A DNA stretch of 64,000 bases from Polyangiales bacterium (lineage in GTDB: Bacteria; Myxococcota_A; Polyangia; Polyangiales; Polyangiaceae): contig JBBRNJ010000002.1 in assembly GCA_038230375.1 (NCBI GenBank), forward strand, positions 64,001 to 128,000. Reading direction: 5' to 3'. The notes below the pieces were generated by a model. That model was not told where the DNA came from. It was given only the letters and a program-made list of their open reading frames with translations, and ran no database searches. A program made the position numbers and the translations under genes. Below are positions 20,853 through 29,405 of the stretch, one piece after another (position 1 is the stretch's first letter; every line of letters begins with the position of its first letter).

Positions 20853-22610
20853 TCAGGGCATCGCGGGCGGGGGAGCTGCCATCGAGGAGCACATGTCCGT
20901 CTTGCCTGCGTCCGTGAGGAGGTCGTCCTTGACCGCGCGAGAGTTGCAGGGCTCGTCCTCGTTCCACTCTTTCCAGTCGGCCGACTTGCCGATCTTCGCG
21001 GCGTAGTCCTTGTAAACCGAGTAGCCGCTCGCCGTGTTCTTGAAGACGGTGGGCTGCTTGCAGACGCCGGCCTTGTCGTTCGTGGCCTTCTCGTCCTTCG
21101 CGAAGCTCTGGATGATGTCGTTCATCGCGGCGGTGGTGGTGTCCCAGCAGCAGGTCTTGCTGACCTCGTACTGGAGCTCGGCGTAGACGTAGTCCTCGAG
21201 GGTGCGGTACTGCGCGTCGACTTCCGCCTTGGACTTGCTGAAGGACGTCTGCATCACGTCGTAGAGCACCTTGAAGTTCTCCTCGCGCTTGGTGCGCGCC
21301 GAGCAGCTCGCGGGCTTGTCGTGGAGGGTGGTGCGCGCCGAGGTGATCCCGTTGACGGCGTTGTCGCGGGTCTCCTCGGGGCTCGCGGCCTTGAGCAGCT
21401 CGGCGAAGCGCGCCGGCCGGGCCGAGATGCTGACCAGGTTGGAGTCGTTGATGTAGACGGGACGGTCGAGCATCGGAACGATGTTGTTCCAGCGGCCCGC
21501 GGTCACGACCGGGGTGCGCCAGCGACGGATGCCGCCGCCGAGCTTCGCGTACTCCGAGCCGTCCCACGCGGCGCCAACGCCGCCGGTCTGATCGCTCGTG
21601 AAGTAGGACATCGAGTCCGCCGGACCCTGCCACTTGGGCTGACGGCGCGGCATGGAGCCTGTCGAGACCGTGATCGCCATGCGGTTCGCGTCGGGGTGAT
21701 CGACGAGGATGACCGGGAGCGTGTGACCGATACCGTTCTTCTGCCAGCGCTCGAGGAGTGCGTCGCCGGGACGCGTCGACTCGGGCTTGATGTGGAACAT
21801 GTTCGCGCCGTCGGCGAGGTTCGCGCTGCCGAAGAGTCCGTCCATGAGGACGATGAAGTGACCGACGCGCTTGTTGAGGAAGATCTCGTCGTAGTACGCG
21901 CCAGCGCCGGCGGGAGAGCCGTCTGGGTTGGTGACGAAGTTGACGGTGTCGTTGTCGCCAACGTGCTTCTTGCGGAGCGACGCATCGGACGGCCAGGTGG
22001 CGCCCGCATGCCACGTCTTCTCGTTGTCGCCGTACTGCGCCTTGAAGTGCGGGTAGCTGGTGAGCGGCTGGCCGCTCGCGTCGACGATGCCGAAGTGACC
22101 GGCGTACATCACGCGCTTCGCGTTTGCGTCGTAGCCCGTGAGGTAGAAGGGCAGGTGGTACCAGGACGAGAACGTGATGCGGAGCCAGATCGCAACGTCC
22201 GCGCATTCGAGCGCCGGGCCGGGCATCTTCTTGCCATAGGGGGTCGTGATCTGGATGGTGCTGTCCCACCCGTTCTGGCCGGGGATCTTCTCCACGGAGG
22301 AGAGCCATGCGCCGAACTTCTCTTCCCAGGTCAGGCCGGAGTTTGCGGCCCAGCCGATGCCCGCGAGCTTCGCGTTGGCGGTGTCCTTGTCGGCCCACTG
22401 GTTCTGGACGGACCAGACCTCTGCGTCGGTCGAAGCGACGGAGGGGCCGGCGGCGACCTCGTTGACGTCCTGGCCGCTGGAATCGAGCGTCCCCTCATCA
22501 CCACCACCACCACCGGACGAGTCCGAGGCGGAGTCGGCGCTGGCGCAGCCAACGGCGAGGGTGGAAGAAGCGAGCAGGGTGGAGAGGAGCATGAGCTTGC
22601 GGATGTTCAT
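20853..22610 (-). CDS. Large lipoprotein, possible Cys-His (papain/transglutaminase-like) hydrolase
   Basis: Lipobox LAVGC, Ser/Gly linker, LECAD and GHT motifs; GAGG RBS; strong codon bias. Confidence 0.8.
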   Translation of the reverse strand: MNIRKLMLLSTLLASSTLAVGCASADSASDSSGGGGGDEGTLDSSGQDVNEVAAGPSVASTDAEVWSVQNQWADKDTANAKLAGIGWAANSGLTWEEKFGAWLSSVEKIPGQNGWDSTIQITTPYGKKMPGPALECADVAIWLRITFSSWYHLPFYLTGYDANAKRVMYAGHFGIVDASGQPLTSYPHFKAQYGDNEKTWHAGATWPSDASLRKKHVGDNDTVNFVTNPDGSPAGAGAYYDEIFLNKRVGHFIVLMDGLFGSANLADGANMFHIKPESTRPGDALLERWQKNGIGHTLPVILVDHPDANRMAITVSTGSMPRRQPKWQGPADSMSYFTSDQTGGVGAAWDGSEYAKLGGGIRRWRTPVVTAGRWNNIVPMLDRPVYINDSNLVSISARPARFAELLKAASPEETRDNAVNGITSARTTLHDKPASCSARTKREENFKVLYDVMQTSFSKSKAEVDAQYRTLEDYVYAELQYEVSKTCCWDTTTAAMNDIIQSFAKDEKATNDKAGVCKQPTVFKNTASGYSVYKDYAAKIGKSADWKEWNEDEPCNSRAVKDDLLTDAGKTDMCSSMAAPPPAMP

Positions 22611-22962
22611 TGTGGCCTCGCTCGGGAGTACTGCAGGTAGGATGCCATCGTACGTTTGGCCCGGTACCCTCACAAACCAGCGGGAAACCGTGTAGCCGAT
22701 TGTCCTACATCCCAACACACGGTGGGCAAAGTGGATAATTCCCGATCCGAAACTGGATCCCACCCGTATCAGTCCCAGTAGATCCCACCTGTATCCACTC
22801 GAACCCCCAAGATGGGGCCCGAGCGATCCCCGATGGATCCTCCGCACATCAGCCGGTATCCACGCGGTTCACAACGGCGCGCCCGGCGACACGGGCCCGA
22901 CTGGCGGCGCCGGCAGATGCGGATGCAAGACCGCTGGCGCGCCACTCGGTGTGTCCACGGGC

Positions 22963-24384
22963 TCAGGCGGCCTCGGCGGCCTGCTCCTCGCCCTTCGGGT
23001 CGTTCTTCGTCGCAAGAGCCGGCGCTGAGCTGACGAACCTGGTGCGCCGGAGCCGCACGTACAGGAGCGTTGCGTTCAACGTTGTCTCGGCGATGAAGCC
23101 GAGCCACCCGCCCACCGCGCCCATGCCCATCTGCTTGCCAAGGACATAGGCAAACGTCGGGATGGTGAGGAGCGCGACCGAGACGCCGCAGATGGCAACG
23201 AAGGTTGCGTCCTTCGCGCCACGCAGCACACCGCGGAGCACGATGCTCACTGCATCGAGCACCTGGAACGCGGCTGCGATGTACAGCAGTCGCGTCGCCA
23301 CCCGCAGCACGTCCACGTCGGACGTGAACGCGCGCGCGATCGCGGGGCCGAACAGCGCGAAGCACAGGCCACAGAACGCCATGAAGCCCATGCCAAGGCG
23401 CAGCGCGGACCGTGCGATGCGCGGAACGCGACCGGGATCCCCCTTGCCCAGCGACTGACCTACGAGGACGCAGGCGGCCTCGCTGATCGCGATACCGGGC
23501 AAGAACGACGCGCGGATCACGTTGAGCGCGATCTGGTGCGCAGCGATCTCCGTGCTCGCGATGGAGCCCAGGATCGACGTGAACGCAGTGAACGCGAACA
23601 CCTCGATCGCGAACTGCAGGCCTGTGGGTAGTCCCGTCTGGAGCACCTCCCACGTCGCTTCTCGCAGCCGCGCCAGCGCAGGCACGAAGTAGCGACGACC
23701 ATCACGCACGGCGAGCGCGCCGAGCGACACGAAGAGCAGCACCTCCGTCATGGATGTGGCGTAGCCGGCGCCGCTCGCGCCGAGCGCGGGCAGTCCGAAC
23801 TTGCCATAGATGAGCCCGTAGCCCAGGAAGCCGTGGAACACGTTTCCCGTGAGCTGAAGGATCATCGGCGAGCGCGAGTCACCCATGGCCTGTCTGTGCT
23901 GGATCAGCGCGGCGAACGCGCAGGTCGCCGGAGCGCCCCACGTGATGGCCGCGAGGAAGTCCTTCGCGTACGGGACGATCTCGGGGTCCGCACGGGTCAA
24001 CGTGAAGAGCCACGAGGCGTCGCGCCCGAAGATGAACACGCCCACGCCCGCCGCAAGCCCGAGCAGTACGCCCGAGAGCAGGAACGAGAACGACAGATCG
24101 CGGCGCCCTTCGCCGACGGCGTGAGACGTGCGGATCTTCACCGCGCGCATCAGTCCGTAGACGAACGAGTACGACAGGAACATGAAGATGATCGCGAGCC
24201 CCACGCCCCCGATCGCCGCCTTGCCGAGCCCCGCTACCAGGAACGTGTCGACGATGCCGATGACGGTCTCGCCGAGCATGGCCGCACAGATGGGCCACGC
24301 CAGGTCCATGATCTCGCGCGTCTCGGCCGCCAGGAACGGTTTTCTGTAAGCATGCTTACAAGAAGTGTCCACGCTCTGATTCAT
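22963..24384 (-). CDS. MATE family efflux transporter
   Basis: LAWP...DT..V..LG..A, ALGASGAGYAT, IAAHQIA, LRGAKD; about 12 hydrophobic segments; start uncertain (24468, 24384 or 24309). Confidence 0.9.
   Translation of the reverse strand: MNQSVDTSCKHAYRKPFLAAETREIMDLAWPICAAMLGETVIGIVDTFLVAGLGKAAIGGVGLAIIFMFLSYSFVYGLMRAVKIRTSHAVGEGRRDLSFSFLLSGVLLGLAAGVGVFIFGRDASWLFTLTRADPEIVPYAKDFLAAITWGAPATCAFAALIQHRQAMGDSRSPMILQLTGNVFHGFLGYGLIYGKFGLPALGASGAGYATSMTEVLLFVSLGALAVRDGRRYFVPALARLREATWEVLQTGLPTGLQFAIEVFAFTAFTSILGSIASTEIAAHQIALNVIRASFLPGIAISEAACVLVGQSLGKGDPGRVPRIARSALRLGMGFMAFCGLCFALFGPAIARAFTSDVDVLRVATRLLYIAAAFQVLDAVSIVLRGVLRGAKDATFVAICGVSVALLTIPTFAYVLGKQMGMGAVGGWLGFIAETTLNATLLYVRLRRTRFVSSAPALATKNDPKGEEQAAEAA
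24345..24360. promoter_or_regulatory. Perfect 16-bp palindrome TGTAAGCATGCTTACA, probable operator
   Basis: AT-rich perfect inverted repeat at the 5' end of the MATE gene. Confidence 0.6.
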
Positions 24385-24743
24385 AGGGCGCGAGCCGTCG
24401 TCCCGGGAGGCTTCCACCTCACGTTCGTCCGGTGCGCCCGGACGTTTGTGCCTGTTCTCTTTCTTCATGACCCACTTCTCTCTTCCGGAGCCCCCGGTTG
24501 CGCCTTCGCGCCCGGGCTCCTCGAGGGACGTGGGCGATGGCTAACTCTGAATCGTACGAACCGTCGTGTGCTTGCAGGAGTCGCAGCAGCAAGGCACGTG
24601 GAACGCGGCAGCGAGACAGACCCGCGCTGCGCAGAACGAAGCGACGAGGCAGGGGAGGGCGTTGCCTCCGATGCGCGCGCGCATGTTCGTGTTCCACGGG
24701 TTCTGCTGCATGAGGCTCACTATGGCCGGAGCCATGTGATGCG

Positions 24744-25505
24744 TCAACCGCGTGTTCGCTTTGCAAAGCGATACAGGCGCGCGGGCTTGCTGGGTGTGCG
24801 TCGCATCTCGCGGGTCTCCGCGATCACGCCTTCCTCGAGCATCCGCAGGAATCGTTTCCGGAAATTGCCCGGATCGAGCGGCTCGCCAAGGATGACCTCG
24901 TACGTGCCGCGCAGCTCCTGGATGGTGAAGGTCTCGGGCGTGAGCTCGAACGCGATGGAGCTCACGAGGAGCTCGCGCTGAACGAAGGTGCGCGCGGCGG
25001 CCAGGATCTCTCCGTGATCGAACGCCAGCTTGTGCGCCTTCGAGACGTCCAGGAACTGCGCCTGTGTGGCGTCGCCGCCGCCAACGGTCTTCTGCGCAAG
25101 CTCGGGCCGCACGAGCGCCACGTAGGCCACGCTGATCACGCGCGTGCGCGGATCGCGGCCTGGTTTTCCGAAAGCGCCGATCTGCGTGAGGTAGATGCGG
25201 GCATCGGAGAGCCCGGTCTCTTCGCTGAGCTCGCGGCGCGCGGCGTCCACGAGATCCTCGCCCTGCTCCACACGATCCTTCCCCACACGCAAGAAGCCGC
25301 CGGGTAGCGCGAGCGCGCCCTTGAAAGGGTGCTCGCCGCGCGTGACGAAGAGCGCAGCGAGCGCGCCGTCCTTGATGGTGAAGATGACGAGATCCACCGT
25401 GACGCTTGGTCGCGCGTAGTCGCCGGGCCGGTACGCCTCCAGGAAGGCTTGCTCGTCCTTCTTGCTGGCGCTGCTGCTTCCACCACGTGTGATCGATTGG
25501 CTCAT
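24744..25505 (-). CDS. nrtR: Nudix-related transcriptional regulator (Nudix + winged HTH)
   Basis: SVTVDLVIF, ALPGGF, AARRELSEETG, RDPRTRVISVAY, LAFDH, FTI.EL...YE, NFRKR, PARLY. Confidence 0.88.
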   Translation of the reverse strand: MSQSITRGGSSSASKKDEQAFLEAYRPGDYARPSVTVDLVIFTIKDGALAALFVTRGEHPFKGALALPGGFLRVGKDRVEQGEDLVDAARRELSEETGLSDARIYLTQIGAFGKPGRDPRTRVISVAYVALVRPELAQKTVGGGDATQAQFLDVSKAHKLAFDHGEILAAARTFVQRELLVSSIAFELTPETFTIQELRGTYEVILGEPLDPGNFRKRFLRMLEEGVIAETREMRRTPSKPARLYRFAKRTRG

Positions 25506-25515
25506 GAACAGGTAC

Positions 25516-26466
25516 TCATGAAATGGGGTCTGTGGTCTTGCAGAGGACCATCCCTTGCTCGGCGAGCCTGGCGAAGGCATGGTCGGCGATGCGCGGAAAA
25601 TCGAGCGCTGCGGGCAGCGGATCGAGCGGCGGCGGGGGAACCGGGCTCATCGCGTCCACGAGGACGTGGATGCGTGAGAGCAGCGCGCGGTCGCTGGCGT
25701 GGTCGGCCAGGTCCTGCAGCGTGGAGAGAACGCAATGGCTCTTGGCCTGACCGAAGACGTAGACGCGATCGAACGAGAGCAGGCGCTCGTAGAGCTTCGC
25801 ATTGAAGGAGCCGACGTGCTCGCCGCCGAGCTCACTTACCTCCGTGGAGAGCACGGAGTAGTTCTCGGTGAGCGGGTGCTGGCCCTTCATCTCGAACACG
25901 GTGGGGATGTCGCGGGCGACCGCGTGAAAGATGGACGCCTCCATCAGCGCGGGCACGAGCGCATGCGAAACGCCGCCGAGCAGCACGTGGTACGGCCAGA
26001 TCGTGAGCGCGTACTTGCCCGCGGCCGCCAGACTCTCGACGTACTCGCGCGCCCGCGCGTCGCGTGGCACCCACTTACCCGCCGTCACGTCCTCCACGGA
26101 GATGACCGTGAACGGCGCGGGCGCGTTGCCCGCCGCGTCCTTCCAGAACGCGGGGTGGAAGATCTGGTGGACCGCATGCGTGTCGAGCGAGAAGCAGAGC
26201 TCCGTGAGCGCGCCCATGTTCGCGTAGAGCCATCGCGCGGTACGCCCGGTGTCCTCCACGGCGCCCGGCACGAAGAGGCTGGCCCCTGGCGTGCAGAAGC
26301 CAATCTGGCAGTCGATACCGAACGCGACGATCCGCTTCTTGTCGTCCCTGGCCGGACTGATCCCACCGCGGGCGCGCGCCGCAGTGGCGGCCTCGTCGAC
26401 GAGCGCCGCACGCTCCATCCATACGTCGCCGACCTTCGTGGCCTCGAAGAAGCTCGGGATGTCCAT
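25516..26466 (-). CDS. Nicotinamidase-like cysteine hydrolase (isochorismatase superfamily, long form)
   Basis: IDCQIGFC, L.VPGA..D, SLDTH, WPYH, GQAKSHCV; GGAGG RBS before ATG 26466. Confidence 0.82.
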   Translation of the reverse strand: MDIPSFFEATKVGDVWMERAALVDEAATAARARGGISPARDDKKRIVAFGIDCQIGFCTPGASLFVPGAVEDTGRTARWLYANMGALTELCFSLDTHAVHQIFHPAFWKDAAGNAPAPFTVISVEDVTAGKWVPRDARAREYVESLAAAGKYALTIWPYHVLLGGVSHALVPALMEASIFHAVARDIPTVFEMKGQHPLTENYSVLSTEVSELGGEHVGSFNAKLYERLLSFDRVYVFGQAKSHCVLSTLQDLADHASDRALLSRIHVLVDAMSPVPPPPLDPLPAALDFPRIADHAFARLAEQGMVLCKTTDPIS

Positions 26467-26478
26467 GACGACCTCCAA

Positions 26479-26499
26479 TAAAAGTAACTTGTACTTTAT
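26479..26499. promoter_or_regulatory. Probable NrtR binding site
   Basis: AAAGTA-ACTTG-TACTTT palindrome with GT-N7-AC core, immediately upstream of the RBS of the nicotinamidase-nrtR operon. Confidence 0.75.
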
Positions 26500-26552
26500 C
26501 TACCCGCTCCCGCCGCGTTCGTCAAGCTTCGGGCGGCGGTCTCAGGTCCCAG

Positions 26553-26840
26553 TCACGCTGAGCCGTCGGAGCCATCTTCCAGCAGCGTGGAGTGGCCGCG
26601 TAGGACGAGGCCGGTCGGCGTGGTGCCGAACCACGGCGAGGAGAGCCCGCACTTCGTGCACACGAGGCGGTAGCTCTTCGCAGCGCCGTCCACGGCGAGC
26701 GCGAAGGCCGAGTCGTCGCGCGGGCAGGGGACCACGTCACCGCCGCGGAAGCGCGCCCACAGGCGGACGACTTCGTCGTTCGAAACGGTGTTCGCCGAGT
26801 TCGCCTCGACGTCCGGAAAGCTGCTGCCTTCGTCGGCCAT
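26553..26840 (-). CDS. Small hypothetical protein with a putative zinc-ribbon motif
   Basis: CPRD...CTKC pair; occupies the intergenic gap. Confidence 0.6.
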   Translation of the reverse strand: MADEGSSFPDVEANSANTVSNDEVVRLWARFRGGDVVPCPRDDSAFALAVDGAAKSYRLVCTKCGLSSPWFGTTPTGLVLRGHSTLLEDGSDGSA

Positions 26841-26902
26841 AGCCCATCTTTTTACTACCTGGGCCAGGAAGAAGATAGCTCAAATCCGACAGCTCCGGAT
26901 AT

Positions 26903-28750
26903 ATGGGGGCCATGCTGGTCGGAGGGCTGAACCGAGGGCTCCCAGGCAGTCCATGGCGTGCGCGGCTCATGTACGTCGCCAGTGCGCTCGCCATCATCGG
27001 GCAGCACGCGCCGCTCATCGGCTACAAGACCTACGCAAACGTCGACGAGGCATATGCGATGGCGCTCGCGTCGCGCCTCATGGACGGCCAGGTGCTCTAC
27101 GTGGGGGCTGTCAGCCAGCGTGGACCGCTCATGTACTACACGTACCAGGCGCTTGCCTCGCTCGTGGGCTGGGACAACGTGGTGGGGTTGCGCGTGGTCG
27201 CGCTGCTCTGGGTGCTGATGTCGCTCGCGGCGCTGGTGTGGGCTGCGAGAGCCACGCTGAAGAGAGGGTCGCCGCTCGTCGCGATCGGGATCTCCGCGTA
27301 TGCGCTCGCATGGGGCATCCCTCCGCTCGACGGCATCGCGTTGCATGGTGAGACGCTCCAGGTACCACTCATGCTCGCCGCCTATGTGCTCGGCGCACGC
27401 GCCATGTCGATCCGTGTGTTCCGCACACGGCTCATGCTGGTCTGCGCTTCTGGTCTAGCGGTGGGCGCAGCGATCTGCATCAAGCAGACGGTCCTCGTGC
27501 ACGTGGCGCCGCTCCTGGTCTGGCTGCTCGTGCGCGGGCGAAAGGAGCTCGCGCGGACGTTGAAGATGGCCCTTGCCTACGTGGCGTCGGCTGCAGTCTT
27601 GCCGCTCATCTTCGTGCTCCACGCGTGGCAGAACGGCAGCTTGCAGAGCTTCGTCTATTACACGTGGACGTACAACACACGCGTCCACGTCGGCGGCGAG
27701 CGCACGAGCAACGCATGGGTTTCGCCGCTGATGCGCGAGGCCATCTTCGACCGCGGCTTCGTGCTCGGGCTGATGTTCATCGGCGTCGTCAGCGGCATCT
27801 GGATCGTGCGACGTGTCCGCGCGGGCGGCGTGCGCGCGCTGATGCGCGGCTTCGGCGTGCGCCAGTACCTGGCACTGCACCTTGCGCTTGCGGTGCTGAG
27901 CGCGAGCGCGCTGCAGCGCTTCTTTCCGCACTACTTCCTTCCAGCGACTGCGTTCCTCTCCCTCATGGTGGCGGTCTGCATCGCGGAGATCGTGCCCCCC
28001 ACGCTCGCGGTGACCTTGCGCACGCCGTTGGCGCTCGTCGGCGGCATCTTCCTCGTCTACTGCGGAGCGGTCGCCGCCTACGGCAACGAGAAGATCGACG
28101 GGCGGGTGGAGGAGGCGCGCACGGTGAAGCAGGTCGCGGGCTACCTTCGCGCGGCGACCACGCCGCAGGACCGCATCTTCGTCTGGGGGTTCTCGCCTTG
28201 GCTCTACGGCTACTCAGGCAGGAAGCCCGCGGGGCGTTTCCTGTTCGAGACGTACGTCACGGGGTTCGTGCCGTGGACCTGGGGCGATCTCCCGATCGAG
28301 CCCACGCGCGTGGTGCCCGGGAGCATGGAGCAGCTCATGGGCGATCTCGAGCGCGAGGACCCCAAGATCGTCGTCGACGCCGGTCAGGTCATGTTCGCGC
28401 GGTCGATGCGCGCCTACGCTGCGCCCGGGCGCTTCCTCCACGAGCGCTATTGCTTCGCGCTGCGCATCAGCGCGTACGACGTCTACCTTCGAAAGGAAGG
28501 CGGCGTGTGCCCGTCGCCGGAGTTCCCCGCGCTGCACCGGACGTTCGACTACAACGACCAGGATCTGGACGCGGAGGCGCCCGCCGCGCTCGACGCTGCA
28601 GCTGCACCGCCGCTCGAGGGTGATCGTCACAAGCCGCTCTTCTTCGGCGCCCCGCCGCCGTTCTGCGAGGCCGCGCGCGACATGTGGTTCGAGAAGAAGC
28701 GGTCCGTCCCGGAGCCGGATCCGTGCGCCCCGGGCGGCCCGCGGCCGTAG
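26903..28750 (+). CDS. GT-C type membrane glycosyltransferase (ArnT/PMT-like)
   Basis: Periplasmic-loop NVDEAY...LY......RGPL motif, KQT, FPHYF, multiple TM segments, C-terminal soluble domain; start uncertain. Confidence 0.78.
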   Translation: MGAMLVGGLNRGLPGSPWRARLMYVASALAIIGQHAPLIGYKTYANVDEAYAMALASRLMDGQVLYVGAVSQRGPLMYYTYQALASLVGWDNVVGLRVVALLWVLMSLAALVWAARATLKRGSPLVAIGISAYALAWGIPPLDGIALHGETLQVPLMLAAYVLGARAMSIRVFRTRLMLVCASGLAVGAAICIKQTVLVHVAPLLVWLLVRGRKELARTLKMALAYVASAAVLPLIFVLHAWQNGSLQSFVYYTWTYNTRVHVGGERTSNAWVSPLMREAIFDRGFVLGLMFIGVVSGIWIVRRVRAGGVRALMRGFGVRQYLALHLALAVLSASALQRFFPHYFLPATAFLSLMVAVCIAEIVPPTLAVTLRTPLALVGGIFLVYCGAVAAYGNEKIDGRVEEARTVKQVAGYLRAATTPQDRIFVWGFSPWLYGYSGRKPAGRFLFETYVTGFVPWTWGDLPIEPTRVVPGSMEQLMGDLEREDPKIVVDAGQVMFARSMRAYAAPGRFLHERYCFALRISAYDVYLRKEGGVCPSPEFPALHRTFDYNDQDLDAEAPAALDAAAAPPLEGDRHKPLFFGAPPPFCEAARDMWFEKKRSVPEPDPCAPGGPRP

Positions 28751-28808
28751 TCTCGAGATCCTCGCCCTCGGGCGCGTCTGCATGTGCAAGGAGGGCCTCG
28801 AAAGTGCT

Positions 28809-29405
28809 ATGAAACGCGGCGTGCGTGTCTACCAGCATCGGGTGAACACAGTCGGGGCGCTCAACGCGGTTCCGGAGTCCATGGGGATCGAATTCGACCT
28901 CCGTTCGAGCGGAGCCGACGTCATCGTCACCCACGATCCGTTCACGGATGGGCCCACCATCGAGGAGTTCTTCCCTCACATCGGCAAGCGGCCCTGCATC
29001 TTCAACGTGAAGTGCGAGGGCATCGAGCCCCGCGTGCGCGACCTGGCGCTGCGAAGCGGCATCGAGGACTACTTCATGCTCGACCTGTCGATCCCGGCAG
29101 CCGTCAAGCTGGCCCGCGCCGGCGATACACGCATGGCCGTTCGCTACTCGGAGCTCGAGCCGGCCGCATCGGCCCTCGCGTGGAAGGGGCGCGCCAGCTG
29201 GCTATGGGTCGACTGCTTCGAGCGCTTCCCCGTGGACGAGCCCACCTGGTCCGAGCTCGCCGGCGCCTTCCGGATCTGCCTCGTGAGCCCCGAGCTGCAA
29301 GGGCACGCGGGTGAGACCTGGACGCGCCTCCGCGAATCACTGAAGGGTCGCCGCTACGACGCCGTCTGTACGAAGACCCCTGAACGATGGGTCGACGCGC
29401 CGTGA
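28809..29405 (+). CDS. Small PLC-like / glycerophosphodiester phosphodiesterase-fold protein
   Basis: HRVN, GIEFDLR, VTHDPF, NVKCEG, FMLD, RYSE.E, WVDCF, VSPEL, VCTK. Confidence 0.78.
   Translation: MKRGVRVYQHRVNTVGALNAVPESMGIEFDLRSSGADVIVTHDPFTDGPTIEEFFPHIGKRPCIFNVKCEGIEPRVRDLALRSGIEDYFMLDLSIPAAVKLARAGDTRMAVRYSELEPAASALAWKGRASWLWVDCFERFPVDEPTWSELAGAFRICLVSPELQGHAGETWTRLRESLKGRRYDAVCTKTPERWVDAP

Noticed and set aside
22700..22960. Chromosomal origin oriC
   Set aside because: Only imperfect DnaA-like boxes, no AT-rich unwinding element and no dnaA/dnaN/gidA neighbours
26553..26840. LysW-like carrier protein for the argC/argB (lysY/lysZ-like) genes
   Set aside because: Lacks the C-terminal EDWGE motif and is unlinked to argCB
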